A program made the translations under genes and the position numbers. A stretch of DNA of 64,000 bases, from assembly GCF_009914755.1 (NCBI RefSeq), contig NC_060929.1; one strand, 5' to 3'. The notes beneath the pieces were generated by a model. The model was not told the DNA's origin and did no database searches. It saw only the letters and a program-made list of their open reading frames with translations. This DNA is from the human T2T-CHM13v2.0 reference genome, Homo sapiens. Of this stretch, positions 17,003 through 38,200 are shown one piece after another. Every line of letters begins with the position of its first letter. Positions within the stretch are counted from its first letter, which is position 1.

Positions 17003-17065
17003 ATGAAAAAGCGGCGGCGGCGGGAGAGAGGAGGAGGCGGCGGCGGGGCAGTGAAACTACGGTAG
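17003..17065 (+). other. Upstream ORF MKKRRRRERGGGGGGAVKLR* in the BDP1 leader
   Basis: gtcATGa start and TAG at 17063-17065, 128 nt before the main ATG; requires a TSS upstream of 17003. Confidence 0.6.
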
Positions 17066-17193
17066 CTGCCCCCTGAGCTGGTGGTGTGGCTTTGTGGGGA
17101 GGGCGTAGTTCCTAATCCCCTTTCCGGGCAGCCGCCGGGGCTCGGGGCTGTGAGCGGCCGTGAGGCTGCCTCCCCGGGCCCCCTGCCTCCGCC

Positions 17194-17405
17194 ATGTTCC
17201 GCAGGGCACGCCTTAGCGTGAAGCCGAATGTCAGGCCTGGTGTAGGCGCCAGGGGCTCCACAGCTTCCAATCCCCAGCGTGGACGGGAGTCTCCCAGGCC
17301 GCCGGAGCCTGCCACGGACTCTGCTTCCAAGCCCGCGGAGCCCACAGATGTGCCCACAGTCGATTTCGGTGGAGCGGAGCCCCAAGAAAAGGCTCCTAGG
17401 AGCAG
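17194..17405 (+). CDS. BDP1: BDP1 coding exon 1 (MFRRARLSVKPNVRPGVGARGS...KAPRS)
   Basis: ATG in Kozak context (ccgccATG) inside a CpG island; translation matches the BDP1 N-terminus; donor AG|gtaag at 17406; 212 nt coding. Confidence 0.97.
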
Positions 17406-18587
17406 GTAAGAGGTTGCAGAGGGAAGAATTTTCATTTGTCCCGCCTCTCCGGGCATGTCACCTGGAAGCTGAGCAAATGAATTTTATCACAGGAGTCCGC
17501 TCTCGTTTGCAGTAAGCCTTTCAGTTGAGGCTTGATGAAACCACTCCAAACTGCAGTTTAGTTGTCTGACCTGCAGGGTGTGGCTTGTGTGGATTTTGTC
17601 ACGGTCTATAGATTCTCCGAGAGGAGACCATGTCTTCAAGTGGTGGTAGGGAGAATCGGGGTATGGCAGTCCTGAAGTGAAGAATATCCACACTATTCAT
17701 TTGAGAATTTAGGTCACTATAGTTTTCATCCTTCTGGAGTGCTTTGCAGGGAAGTGTTTTTGTCTTTCAATTTATAAAATATTTATTTTTTAAAGGAGAA
17801 GATAAGTATTGCTTTGGCTTTACCGATTTATGTCAGTGAGTAAGAGTTCTGGTCACTTAATTGAAGTGTGCCTCTTTAACTATGGTGACCGTGTTTCCTG
17901 AATAGAGAAGCATGGCTTTAGCGTCATGTATCATATTTGGATTCAGGACTCTTTTAGTCTACAGGTAAACTTTTCTCAGGCAGAATTTGCTCATCTGCAA
18001 AATGGGAATAATATTGCCTACTTGGAGCGTTTTGGTGCAGATTGGAGATAATTCATATTAACTACCTTGCAGGGGATATAGCAGAATAGTTGCCCGCAAA
18101 AAGTTACTAGTTTTTTAGAAAGGTGATGGAGTAAATTTAAGACATGTTAGGCTAAGATGGTCTCTGTTTCTATATATATGAGGAAATCAGTAAACAGCCT
18201 TGTTAAGTGAAGTGAGATAGTACAAATTCTGTTTATGCTGTGATAGGAAGGTGAAACATTTATTTATTTTTGGAACATCTTCCTCTATTGGCCTGAACTG
18301 GTGCTGAGTGTATGGTGTTACGTTGATAGTTCAGTGATGGTTAGTAATTTCCAAGTTTATTACATGAATCTGTTTCAAAATTTCTACACAGAAAGGAGAT
18401 ACCGATACTAGTCGCTGTTACATTAATAAAGTTCTCAGAGATTTCGTTAATTATGTGTGAGTGCGTGATGGTTGATAATTTAATAAATTGCCCAAAGATT
18501 GTAGTTTTGAGATATTTATGGTCAAGGATATTTAATTTTTTTTTTTGAGTTGACATTTACGTTTGGGGAATATAATTTGTTTTTTAG

Positions 18588-18971
<384 letters not shown>

Positions 18972-19894
18972 TAGGATATATATTCTGTCATTATGCATTC
19001 AACATAATTGGGTGAAATGCAGATAATGCATGTATCCATAACAGCTAAGATACGAATTTAAATTGAAGTCTTCCTGGAAAGGTTATTCTATAAGTTAAGG
19101 CATTTTCTAATTTTTTATAAGTAATTATAAAATAGGAAAAAAGTAGACTGTTTTTAATTATTGACTTATACCACCTCTTTTCTTGACTTAAGTTGCATTT
19201 ATAGACCATTCCTGAAATACTTATATCTGAGGTATACCATACCTAATATGCAATTTGGGGTGACTGAGTACTTTTTTTGACTGAAGTTTATTCTGATGGC
19301 TGTATAAGTAGAGTTGTACCTGACAAAAGATAAATGATTTCTGCCTCAAAGGGAATTGGGTTTGGCTACTGTAACTAAATGTTTTTCTTCAAATACTGCA
19401 ATACAGATATTTCAGAGGTTTGGAGTTTTGCATATTTGATTTGACTGACCTCGGGTTGATAAGTAAAGTAAAATGCCGGTAGTTTAGACCAGTTTAAAAT
19501 GTCAGAGTGAATTAAAATTTTTTTAAATTTTATATAGAAATTAATTATAAATTATTACTTTGTTACTTAGTAATTCAAATTAGGTTGACTAAGCTTTGTT
19601 CTGTAAGTTGGTTATTTGTTTTGAGGGGGGTAAGCCTATAATTATGTGCTCTAATGTGCCTAGGGACTTTATGTTTGAAAAAGATTAAGAGTCTATTAGA
19701 ATTTACGTATATTTAAAAGATTTACTAAACAAATTTTTTTGTAACCTGTCATAATTATCATAAATCTCAAGTTACTAATTTTTTTTTTTTAATTACGAGA
19801 TTGCAGTTTTGGATTTTCACCAGACTAGGTTTTAAAACTAGCATGTGTAACAGAAGATTCATGTGCCCTCTTTTTTCTTTTTTAATTTCAACAG

Positions 19895-20171
19895 TACTGA
19901 AAAGACTGGTGGTGACAATGATGTTGAAGAATCCAGTAGATCTTCCTCTACTGTTTCACAGAGAAGAAAGCGAATATCAAGTACTTCTAGCCTGGTTAAG
20001 TCTAGTGTCAGTGTTCCTTCAGAATCTCATCCCTTATCTACAATTAATCAAGAGGCTCCACAGCCAACTGCCACTTCAACAAAAGAGAAACAGCCATGCT
20101 CAGACAGATACCGAATATACAAAGCCCAGAAACTGAGGGAAATGTTAAAAGAAGAATTGAGAAAAGAGAAG
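19895..20171 (+). CDS. BDP1: BDP1 exon 2 (STEKTGGDNDVEE...LKEELRKEK)
   Basis: Pyrimidine tract then caacag acceptor, donor AAG|gtaagg; 277 nt; in frame with exon 1. Confidence 0.97.
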
Positions 20172-20595
20172 GTAAGGGAGGAGAATCAGGATTTTGATGT
20201 TGCCTTCTATTTATGTTAGTAAGGAATCATTGGGAAGAAAAGCATTTGTAGCATTTTGATGGGGGAACAAAACCACATAACATCCCTTAGTCAATAGAAC
20301 ATCCCTTCTTGTTAATGGATTGATTGATACACCGTGGACTTAAATTACATTTTTCACTGATAGTAATTTTTACATTATTTATTTATGTTTTCACTGTTTT
20401 TGGTGAAGACCACAAATAAGTTTCATACGCATACACATAGATGCACATACACAAACATATTTATAAAATAAACCTTCAGTCTGATTTTTCACATAAAGAT
20501 GTCCAAGTGATAAGTGATATATTTATTTGAATTAAGACAAGTATAGGCCGGGCGTGGTGGCTCATGCCTGTAATCCCAGCACTTTGGGAGGACTA

Positions 20596-20913
<318 letters not shown>

Positions 20914-21117
20914 TTATGCATATATTAGAGTCCATGTTCTTTTTAATCTTGAGGATTGATTTCTTTTCTAGAAGGGCAGGTAACAGCAGTAGAGCATGCT
21001 GGCCCTGGAGTTAAATACTTAGGGATTGAATCTCAGCTTCATTTCTTTACTAGCTTTGTGACCTTGGGTAATTTAATTAATCTATTTCCTCATCTGTAAA
21101 ATAGACCAATAATAGTT

Positions 21118-21341
21118 CAGGTTGAGCATCCCTGAAATTGAAAATGCTCCAAAGTCTAAAATGTTTTGAGTGCCAAAGTGATGCTCCAGGGAAATGCTCA
21201 TTGGAGCATATTGGATTTCAAATTTTCAGGTTAGAGATGCTCAGCCAGCATGTATTCTGCAAGTATTCAAAAATGTGAAAAAATCCAAAATGTGAATCAT
21301 TTCTGGTCTCAAGTATTTCAGATAAGAGATGCTCAACCTCT
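21118..21341. mobile_element. Tigger4/MER46-like non-autonomous DNA transposon inserted in a MIR
   Basis: Terminal inverted repeats caggttgagcatc ... gatgctcaacctc; MIR sequence resumes on both sides. Confidence 0.8.
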
Positions 21342-21400
21342 ATCTAGCTCATTAGAGGGTTGTGAAGATTAAATGAGTCAATACATGTAAAACACACTTA

Positions 21401-21755
<355 letters not shown>

Positions 21756-22317
21756 TCAGCTTCTGTTATGAATTATAAAATGCCTCTTAGTTTTTTTTAA
21801 ATTAAGGGAAGGCATTTTGCTTGGTGCTTTATATCTGTTATCTTATGTAATTATATCAACTATGTGAAGTAGATATCACTGTTTCACACAGGAGAAAACA
21901 AGCTTTCAATTTATGTCTTCTAAAATGTAAGCCTCACAACAATTGCTTGAACCTGGAAGGCGGAGGTTGCAGTGAGCTGAAATTGTGCTACTGCATTCCA
22001 GCCTGGGCGACAGATCAAAGCCTCTAAAAATGTTTTATGGGTTGGGAATTGGGGGTGGGGGGATTAAAAAAAAGTTCTGTATTTTACAGAAACTGCTTAT
22101 TTGCTTATTTAATTTATTTTGGGGAATTAAAGATTAAACATTTGCTTCAAGAATTTTACAAAATACACAGAATTTCAAGTCACTACAGGGTAAAAAAAAA
22201 GCTGTGTAAGCATAAATTCTCAGTGAGCTATTAAGATGTTTAGTTAGAAGGCATCAGTAAGCATTTTATACATTGAGCTTTATTAGTTTTATTCTTTGGT
22301 TATTTATTTAGTTTTGA

Positions 22318-22515
<198 letters not shown>

Positions 22516-22784
22516 TAACTCCTGAGCTCAAGCGATCCTCCTGCCTCAGCCTCCCAAAGTGCTGGGATTAGAGAAATAAGCCACTGTGCCTGGCCACATT
22601 GAGCTTTTATCTAGTCCTAGTCACTTTAATTGTTAAAATCTAAATACTGCCTGGGTGTGTGGTTCACTCCAGTGCTTTAGGAGTGTGAGGCAGGAGGATC
22701 ACTTGAGCCCAGGAATTTGAGAGCAGCCTTGGCAACGTAGGGAGACTCCATCTCTACCAAAAAAAAAAAAACCCCACAAAATTA

Positions 22785-22955
<171 letters not shown>

Positions 22956-23132
22956 CTATTGAGGGTAATGTGCTACAACTTTTTAATATTCCATCTACAA
23001 AATTACATAATTGGGGTGAGAATAATATTAAAGCACTTACAGTGAACGCAACAGTGGACTGTATATTTGCATATAGTACATCTGAAATTCTTTAATATTT
23101 ATAAAAGTGGATCTGTGTGTTTATGTATACAG

Positions 23133-23242
23133 AAACAATGGAAAAACAAATATGCTATAAATGAAAGTCAGAGGCCACCAGATCGTTCAAAAATGACTAT
23201 GAGAGACTTCATATATTATCTACCAGATAATAATCCAATGAC
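23133..23242 (+). CDS. BDP1: BDP1 exon 3 ([36 protein letters not shown])
   Basis: atacag acceptor, AC|gtaagt donor; 110 nt; conserved [12 protein letters not shown] segment. Confidence 0.96.
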
Positions 23243-23250
23243 GTAAGTAA

Positions 23251-23604
<354 letters not shown>

Positions 23605-23701
23605 TAGTTATATAAATAGCACTTTTATAGTAAATTTTTTAGTTTTCCAAAAACATGTTGACAAAATTTGGAACACATATGTCCTTTTAAATAGAATTTC
23701 A

Positions 23702-24100
<399 letters not shown>

Positions 24101-24786
24101 TTATATTAGTTACCAAGGCATAGTGAAACCAACTAAGCCACTTTTCTGTAATCAAGATTGCAATTTTGGCCAGGCGAGGTGGCTCATCCCTGTAATCACA
24201 GCATTTTAGGAGGCCAAGGCGAGAGAATTGCTTGAGCCCAGGAGTTTGAGACCAGCCTGGGCAATGTAGTGAGACCCCATCTCTACAAAAAATACAAAAA
24301 TTACCTGGGCATTGTGGCGCACAGGAGGCTGAGGTGGGAGGATCACTTGAGCCTGGGAGTTCAAGGCAGCAGTGAGCCAAGATTGCACCACTGCACTCCA
24401 GCCTGGGAGACAGCGAGACTCTGTCTCATTTAAAAAAAAAATGTTTGAAAGGATTGGAATTTCTATTTTTAACATACTATAAACTGATCTAAAGGAGTGA
24501 TCCAAGTTTTATGCCCTGCCTTCTAATAAAGACAGTAGTAGTGTGATTAATAAATCCTCCAAGAACAAAGCTTCTTTATTAAAGTTAGCCTGGGGTTTCT
24601 GAGGCAGGTTTATAATAAATCTCATTGTTGTATTGTTGATGGTTTAGCAGGTAGAGGTAGGAGTTGGGACAGTTCCTCAGCATAGCCCTTTTTCAGATTC
24701 ACCAGGTCTTTGGCCCTGTTGAAGAAAGGGCCAGAAACCTAGGTTTTGAGTTGTTTAACATCCAGGAGTTGGAGACAAGTCACCTA

Positions 24787-24981
<195 letters not shown>

Positions 24982-25373
24982 TTAAAAGACAAAAATTAGC
25001 CTGGTGTGGTGGCATGCACCTGTAGTCCCAGCTACGTGGGAGGCTGAGGTGGGAGGATTGCTTGAGCTCAAGAAGTAGAGGTTACATGGAGCTGAGATCA
25101 CAGCACTGCACTTCAGTCTGACACAGCAAGACCCTGTTGTTGTATTAAAAAAAAAAAAAAAAGTATTCTTTACTTAGGACCTAACAAATTATTTGTATGT
25201 GATGACAAGCTTTTGACTGAAAAGTTGATTGTTGGATTGTACTGTCATTAACGAAATGCTGTGATATATCATTAAAAATTAGAAGTTAGAATAATTTTCT
25301 TCTTGCCTACAGATAGAATTGGGAAGATATAAATTAATAATTTATTAAAGATATTGTTATTTATGTTCAATAG

Positions 25374-25433
25374 TTCTTCACTGGAACAAGAAAAGAAAAC
25401 TGAAAAGCCATCGACTCCAGTCCAGACAAGAGA
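25374..25433 (+). CDS. BDP1: BDP1 exon 4 (SSLEQEKKTEKPSTPVQTR)
   Basis: caatag acceptor, GA|gtaagt donor; 60 nt; phase 2-2. Confidence 0.94.
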
Positions 25434-25960
25434 GTAAGTATTTTATTTTTGAATATATTCTATTCCTACATTTTTTAAGAAATGAGATCAAATGGTGCTT
25501 CCTGTTATAGTTGAATTACATTTGATTGGGGTTGGGCACAGTGGTTCACTCCTGTAATCTCAGCACTTTGCGAAGCCAAGATGGGAGGATTGCCAGAAGC
25601 CAGGAGTTGAGACCAGCCTGGGCATCATAGTGACATTTTGTCTCTACAAAAAATGTAAAAATAAGCTGTGCATGGTGGTGTGTACATGTAGTCCTAGTTA
25701 TTCAGGAGGCTGAGGTGGGAGGATCGCTCGAGCCCACATGTTCAAGGCTGTAGTGAACTATGATCACGCCACTGCATTCCAGCCTGGGTGACAGAGCAAG
25801 ACTTTGTCTCTTAAAAAAAAATTACATTTGGTTGGGCTATTGTTTTTGTAATTTTAAAATTTTAATTTAATTTTTGAGACAGGATGTTGCTGTGTCACCT
25901 AGGCTGGAGTGCAGTGGTGTGAACATAGCTCACTGCAGCCTTGACCTCCTGGGCTCGTGA

Positions 25961-26316
<356 letters not shown>

Positions 26317-26938
26317 TAAGCCACCATGCCCAGCCTAAAGTTTTTAGTTTTTGAAGAGTTTTTTTTCATAGAGATAAGGTTTCACTATGTCGCCCAGGCT
26401 GGTGGTCTTGAACTTCTAAGCTCAAGTAATCCTCTCGCCTCAGCCTCCAAAAGTACTAGGATTACAGGCATGAGCTGCTGCATTTGGCCATTTTCCTTAA
26501 GGCTCAAATGAGCATGAAAATACTAACCCTGAAGGATTGTACTGAAAAGTTAATCAAATAATCTAGAAACTAATGCTATATAACTATAAGCATTATTATT
26601 ATTATTATTATTTTTACAGATAGGGTCTTGCACTGTCACCTAGGCTGGGGTGCAGTGGTGTGATTAAACTCTTGGCCTCAAGAGATACTCCTGCCTCAGT
26701 CTCCTGAGTAGCTGGGACTATAGGCACGCATCACCATGCTGGGCTAATTTTTAAATTTTTTTTGTAGTGGTAAGGTCTTGCTATGTTGCCCAGGCTGATC
26801 TCAACTCCTGGCCTCGAGTGATTTTCCTGCCTTGGCCTCTGAAATTGCTAGGATTACAGGCCTGAACCACCATGTCCTGTCTGTTTCTCTTTATTTTAAA
26901 AGAGAGTAAAGACTGCTTGGGCCAGGCACGGTGGCTCA

Positions 26939-27196
<258 letters not shown>

Positions 27197-27414
27197 CTAA
27201 AAAAAAAAATAAGACTTCTTACTAAATGTCTCGAGATAAAACTTGAGAAAATCCTCTAATTGCGTCCTTAATAACACATACTGTTTTCATTTGGATTATA
27301 GGGAAAGTTGGAAATAGCTAGAAGGTTGAGTTTGTAATCATTTATTTTAAGTTTTATACTATTTAGGCACACTTTTCATGCCTTTGTGAATTAACTTATC
27401 TTTATATGTGGTAG

Positions 27415-27540
27415 GCAAGAAGGTAAGAGTACTCCTAATGCTGAAGATAATGAAATGGAAGAAGAGACAGATGATGGGCCATTACTGGTTCCTCGAGTAA
27501 AAGTGGCAGAAGATGGTTCCATTATTTTGGATGAAGAAAG
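27415..27540 (+). CDS. BDP1: BDP1 exon 5 (QEGKSTPNAEDNEMEEETDDGPLLVPRVKVAEDGSIILDEE)
   Basis: ggtag acceptor, AAG|gtattt donor; 126 nt; conserved PRVKV.EDGSIILDEES segment of the Bdp1 core. Confidence 0.96.
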
Positions 27541-28672
27541 GTATTTAGAAAAGAGAAAAAGTGAGATTGTGGTTACATGAGAACAAACATGCTTTGTCTA
27601 GTGAAAGAGGTCCTCTTTCTGTATTGGCCTTTGTCACTTAGACCTTGACGTTCTTATTTGCATAATGAATATTGTAAATAGAGAAGTGGGTTAGATTAAT
27701 TTGTAAATTTTAGTAATTTTTATAACTATTTTGTATGAGAAGATGCCCTATCATCTATTAACCTAACACCATTGTTTTATTATCTTTACTGGTCATTGAG
27801 TCAGGCTGTTGAACTAATCATATGCTGTCTTCCACTGAGGATAAATTTCTAAGATTGACACAGTCTTGAAGTCAATATTCAAGTTCTCATATTATTAAGA
27901 GCATATCCTGGTGTGTGGTGATAACTAATGGATATACAATGAAATGTAGGTTTAACATATTTTATGATTTTTGTTATGGTGAGGTATAATTCATCTTTTG
28001 GTTTAATTTCTCAGTTATAACATTAAATTTTGCACATTGGGCATTGTGGAATTTAGTTGTCTTAAGGGTTTTTTTTTAAAAGATGATAAATTAGTAAGTA
28101 AATAAATAAAGCAATGGAAGGTCTTTGAAAGTTTAGCCAGTGAAAAATAATTTTATAGCATTCACATTCTATAATTAAACATAAATGTAATACTGCTAAT
28201 AATAGTTGTTTTTGTGTGCTATTTTCCATTAGTTTGTGATGATGATTTTACTGGTCATTAAATAGTTAGAGCATATTTAACTGCTTTCTCTGCAGGAATG
28301 TAAAATATAAAGTGCTTGTGTTTTTCAAAATTTCCATGGAGTCCAGCACAGTAATACATATTGAATATCAAAGACATGTGGAAGTCAATAATACAAATAC
28401 CGTTTTATAATACGTAGCCCAAAGATATTTTGTAAATATTATATTGCTGTTATGGATTTTGAAAATGAGTTGACATTTCTTTCTACCCTCTTGGAATCAC
28501 ATTGTAGGTAAAACTTAGCAGATGCTTGGAAAATACCCATATTTCACATAAGTATTATTATGCCTTTGATATGATTGCCATGCTAAACCTCAAAATATAA
28601 CTATTTACATCTCATTTGCTATTTGTTTCCTTGTTTTTAGTATACATCTATTTAAAAATGTGTTTATTTCAG

Positions 28673-28806
28673 TTTAACTGTAGAAGTTTTAAGAACAAAA
28701 GGCCCTTGTGTTGTTGAAGAAAATGACCCCATATTTGAGCGCGGTTCTACAACTACATACTCCAGCTTTAGGAAAAACTATTACTCTAAACCATGGTCAA
28801 ATAAAG
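28673..28806 (+). CDS. BDP1: BDP1 exon 6 (LTVEVLRTKG...TTYSSFRKNYYSKPWSNK), start of the SANT domain
   Basis: tttcag acceptor, AAG|gtaact donor; 134 nt; frame continuous. Confidence 0.96.
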
Positions 28807-29005
28807 GTAACTAATTTTCATTTAAAAATGTGTAAGTTCTCTATTTGAAATGAATTGACTGTTTCTGAATTAAATCAGTTCTCCCCTAAGTACATAAAAT
28901 GCAAACTACCATTTTATTCCAGCTAATTTTATTGACACCTCTATCTTATGCCCTCCATGGAATGGTATCTCTGACTTTGTCTTACAAATCTTCAAAAAAA
29001 TTTTA

Positions 29006-34888
<5,883 letters not shown>

Positions 34889-34998
34889 TCTTAATGTAAG
34901 TTTTAGGTTTCCAATTGTTGGTGTGTTTTTATTGATTTTTTTTTGTTACTGTTTAGCACTTCCTTCCATTTACTTTGTGTTTGTTTTTCTAGCTTCTT

Positions 34999-35221
34999 TA
35001 TTTATTTATTATACTTTAAGTTTTAGGGTACATGTGCACAACGTGCAGATTTGTTACATATATGTACATGTGCCATGTTGGTGTGCTGCACCCATTGACT
35101 CGTCATTTAACATTAGGTATATCTCCTAATGCTATCCCTCCGCCCTCCCCCCACCCCACAACAGGCCCCGGTGTGTGATGTTCCCCTTCCTGTGTCCATG
35201 TGTTCTCATTGTTCAATTCCC
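34999..35221 (-). mobile_element. Young L1PA 3'-end fragment, about 220 bp, 5'-truncated
   Basis: ttattatactttaagttttagggtacatgtgcacaacgtgcag...cattgttcaattcc; 14-bp TSD ttttctagcttctt at 34985 and 35222. Confidence 0.92.
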
Positions 35222-35284
35222 TTTTCTAGCTTCTTAAGATGAAAACTTAGAGCACTGATTTTAAAGCCTTCTTTTTTAAAGTAG

Positions 35285-35476
<192 letters not shown>

Positions 35477-36249
35477 TAGTAGAGATGGGGTTTCACCATG
35501 TTAGCCAGGGTGGTCTCGATCTCCTGACCTCGTGATCCTCCTGCCTCAGCCTCCCAAAGTGCTAAGATTACAGGCATGAGCCACCGTGCCTGGCCTGTAC
35601 ATTTCCTTTTAAGCATCACTAGAGCTGTGTCCCACAAATTTTGATTTTTTTTTTTTTTGAGACAGTCTTGCTCTGTTGTCCAGGCTGGAGTGCAATGGCA
35701 TGATCTTGGCTGACTGCAAACTCCACCTCCCAGGCTCAAGCAATCCCCTGCCTTAGCCTCCCAAGAAGTTGGGACTATAGGTGCACACCACTAACACCAC
35801 TATGCCCAGCTAATTTTTGTATTTTTTTGTACAGATGAGTTTTCATCAGGTTGCTCAGGTGGGTCTCTGACTCCTGAGGTTGGCCAGGCGTGGTGACTCA
35901 CGCCTGTAATCCTAGCACTTTAGGAGGCTGAGGGGGGTGGGTCACTTGAGGTGTGGAGTCCAAGACCAGCCTGGCCAACATGATGAAACCCCGATCCTAT
36001 TAAAATACAAAAATTAGCCAGGTGTGGTGGCAGGCACTTGTAGTCCTAGCTACTCGGGAGGCTAAGGCAAGAGAATTGCTTGAACCCGGGAGGGAGAGGT
36101 TGCAGTGAACCGAAATTGCATCACTGCACTCCAGCGTAGGCAACAGAGCAAGACTCTGTCTGAAAAAAAAAAAAAAATATGATCCACCCTCCTTGGCCTC
36201 CCAAAGTGCTGGGATTACAGGCGTGAGCCACCATGCCTGGCCCCCAGTA

Positions 36250-37631
36250 TAAAATTTTAAGAATTATTAATTATTACTGATTAAGGTTATTAAATGCATA
36301 ACACTAATTACTTGCCAGCTATTGGTAGTCTTTTTCTTCTCTAGTTCATCCAGGGAACTCTTAAATTACATCTTCAGCAGAATAATCCTTAAATGTACTT
36401 TATTTTAATTTTTTTTTTGAGACAGAGCCTCGCTCTGTTACACAGTGTGGAGTACATGGGCATGATTACGGCTCACTGCAGCCTCTGTCCTGGCTCACTG
36501 CAGCCTCTTACCTGCTGGGCTCAAATGATCCTCCCACCTCGGCTTCCTAGGTAGCTGGGACTACAGGCACATGCCACTATGCCCAGCTAATTAAAAAAAT
36601 TTTTTTGTAGAGACTAAGTCTCACTGTGTTGCCCAGGTTGGTTTCGAACTCCTTGACTCAAGTGATCCTCTTGCCTTGCCCTCCCAAAGTGTTGGGATTA
36701 CAGGCATGAGCCACTGTGCCTGGCCCTTCAGTGCACTTCATAAGCAAAATGGGAGCTTTTGTTTATGTACTTTTTTTGTATTTTGCTGTTCCTAATTTTA
36801 TTCTGAAACTCAGTTTTACTCCAGGCCATAAATAACGTATTAACTTTGTAATGCACAGTTGTTTCCAGTTCAGCAAAGCAGTAGTTCATTATCAGGCTGT
36901 ATTCACCCAGAGGTTAGGAAAACCAGGATTGGTCACACCTTTTAAAACAAATCTATCTCATGTTATTTTTCAATGTGTAGTTTCAGCCTAAATTCTGACA
37001 ATGAAATTGTATGAATTCCTATCTGTGAGATGAGATATCTTGATTTTCAAAAGTAGCCAAAGGGAGTTCCTCGCAGCTTACCTTTGCTCGGCTGAAGCTG
37101 AAAACTTTGTAACTTCATATTGCCAGTGATTTTCCCTTTGCCTTGAAAGAAGGAGAACTGAGGATTCATTTTACCACTTCAGTCACTAAAGCCAGTAAAT
37201 CCTAGTCAGTCTTTGTGATTGTGTGGTCAGCTTTCTCATCTGAGTTAGAGTTAGAAAGCACTGATCCTTTGTGTTCTTTACCTCCACCACTAGGTGGCTT
37301 CTTTACCCCCTAGGCCATTCATTCTTCACCTTAAAGGCAAAAATACCACGGATTTTCTTCACAATCTGTCCACTTTCCTCTTCAGGCTTCCTCTAAATCT
37401 CTTTAAACACAAGATTTGCCTTAAATCCATTCCCTGTAAAGCTGGTTGGAGCAGCCTAATTTGATGAGTTCTAAAAGAACTGGCAGCTTTGAGAAAACAC
37501 ATCTTGTGAAGTGTTAAAACCCCAGCTTCTCTAAGGCCTAAATTATGCTGCACGCCAACCTTTGCATCAGGAGCTTGCCTCTTTCTAGCTTCCTTTCTCA
37601 GCTGCTAGCAAAGTTCAGCACACTGAACCAG
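36250..37631 (-). pseudogene. Processed pseudogene of SCP2 (sterol carrier protein 2): C-terminal CDS plus 3' UTR, interrupted by an AluJ
   Basis: Minus strand reads [84 protein letters not shown]../..[34 protein letters not shown]; intronless, several stops and frameshifts; followed by SCP2-like 3' UTR (GAACTCCCTTTGGCTACTTTTGAAAATCAAGAT). Confidence 0.92.
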
Positions 37632-37633
37632 CT

Positions 37634-37805
37634 GTTTATTGGTTTATTATAAAGGATATTATAAGGGATACAGATGAAGAGATTCATAGAGTACGGTCTG
37701 GAAGGGTCTTGAATGCAGGCACTTCTGCTGGAGGAGTTGGGGTGCACTGACCTCCCAGCACGTGGTTGCATTCACCAACCACGAAGCTCCTGAAAATCTC
37801 AGCCT
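37634..37805. mobile_element. MER21-like LTR fragment
   Basis: ggtttattataaaggatattataagggatacagatgaagagat...ttcaccaacc..gaagctc. Confidence 0.65.
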
Positions 37806-37984
37806 TTTATTTGTTTGTTTTTTCCATAGCCCCAAATAACATGGCCAGCTTTGACTTTTTTTTCCCTTTTTTTTTTAGACAGAGTCTCGCTCTGTCATCC
37901 AGGCTGGAGTGCAGTGGCACGATCTCAGTTCACTGCATCCTCTGCTTTCCAGGTTCAAGCCCTTCTCCTGCTTCAGCCTCCTGA

Positions 37985-38200
<216 letters not shown>

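Larger units (their letters stand above)
16860..17510 (+). promoter_or_regulatory. BDP1: BDP1 CpG-island promoter and 5' UTR, TATA-less
   Basis: Sharp rise in GC and CpG; perfect CRE TGACGTCA 16895-16902; RFX X-box-like GTTACCATGGCTCC 16867-16880; C/EBP-like GGCGCAAT near 16922; GGC repeats 17011-17047. Confidence 0.9.

Noticed and set aside
16978-17456. Antisense 135-aa and 114-aa ORFs over BDP1 exon 1
   Set aside because: Expected in stop-poor CpG-island DNA; no recognisable homology.
28280-28430. Sequence that looked like a small-RNA or transposon fragment
   Set aside because: Could not match it to any family; no box motifs, tail or TSD seen.
37359-37553. 64-aa ORF containing [10 protein letters not shown] as a functional peptide
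   Set aside because: GTG-started fragment of the SCP2 pseudogene that shifts frame after THQI.
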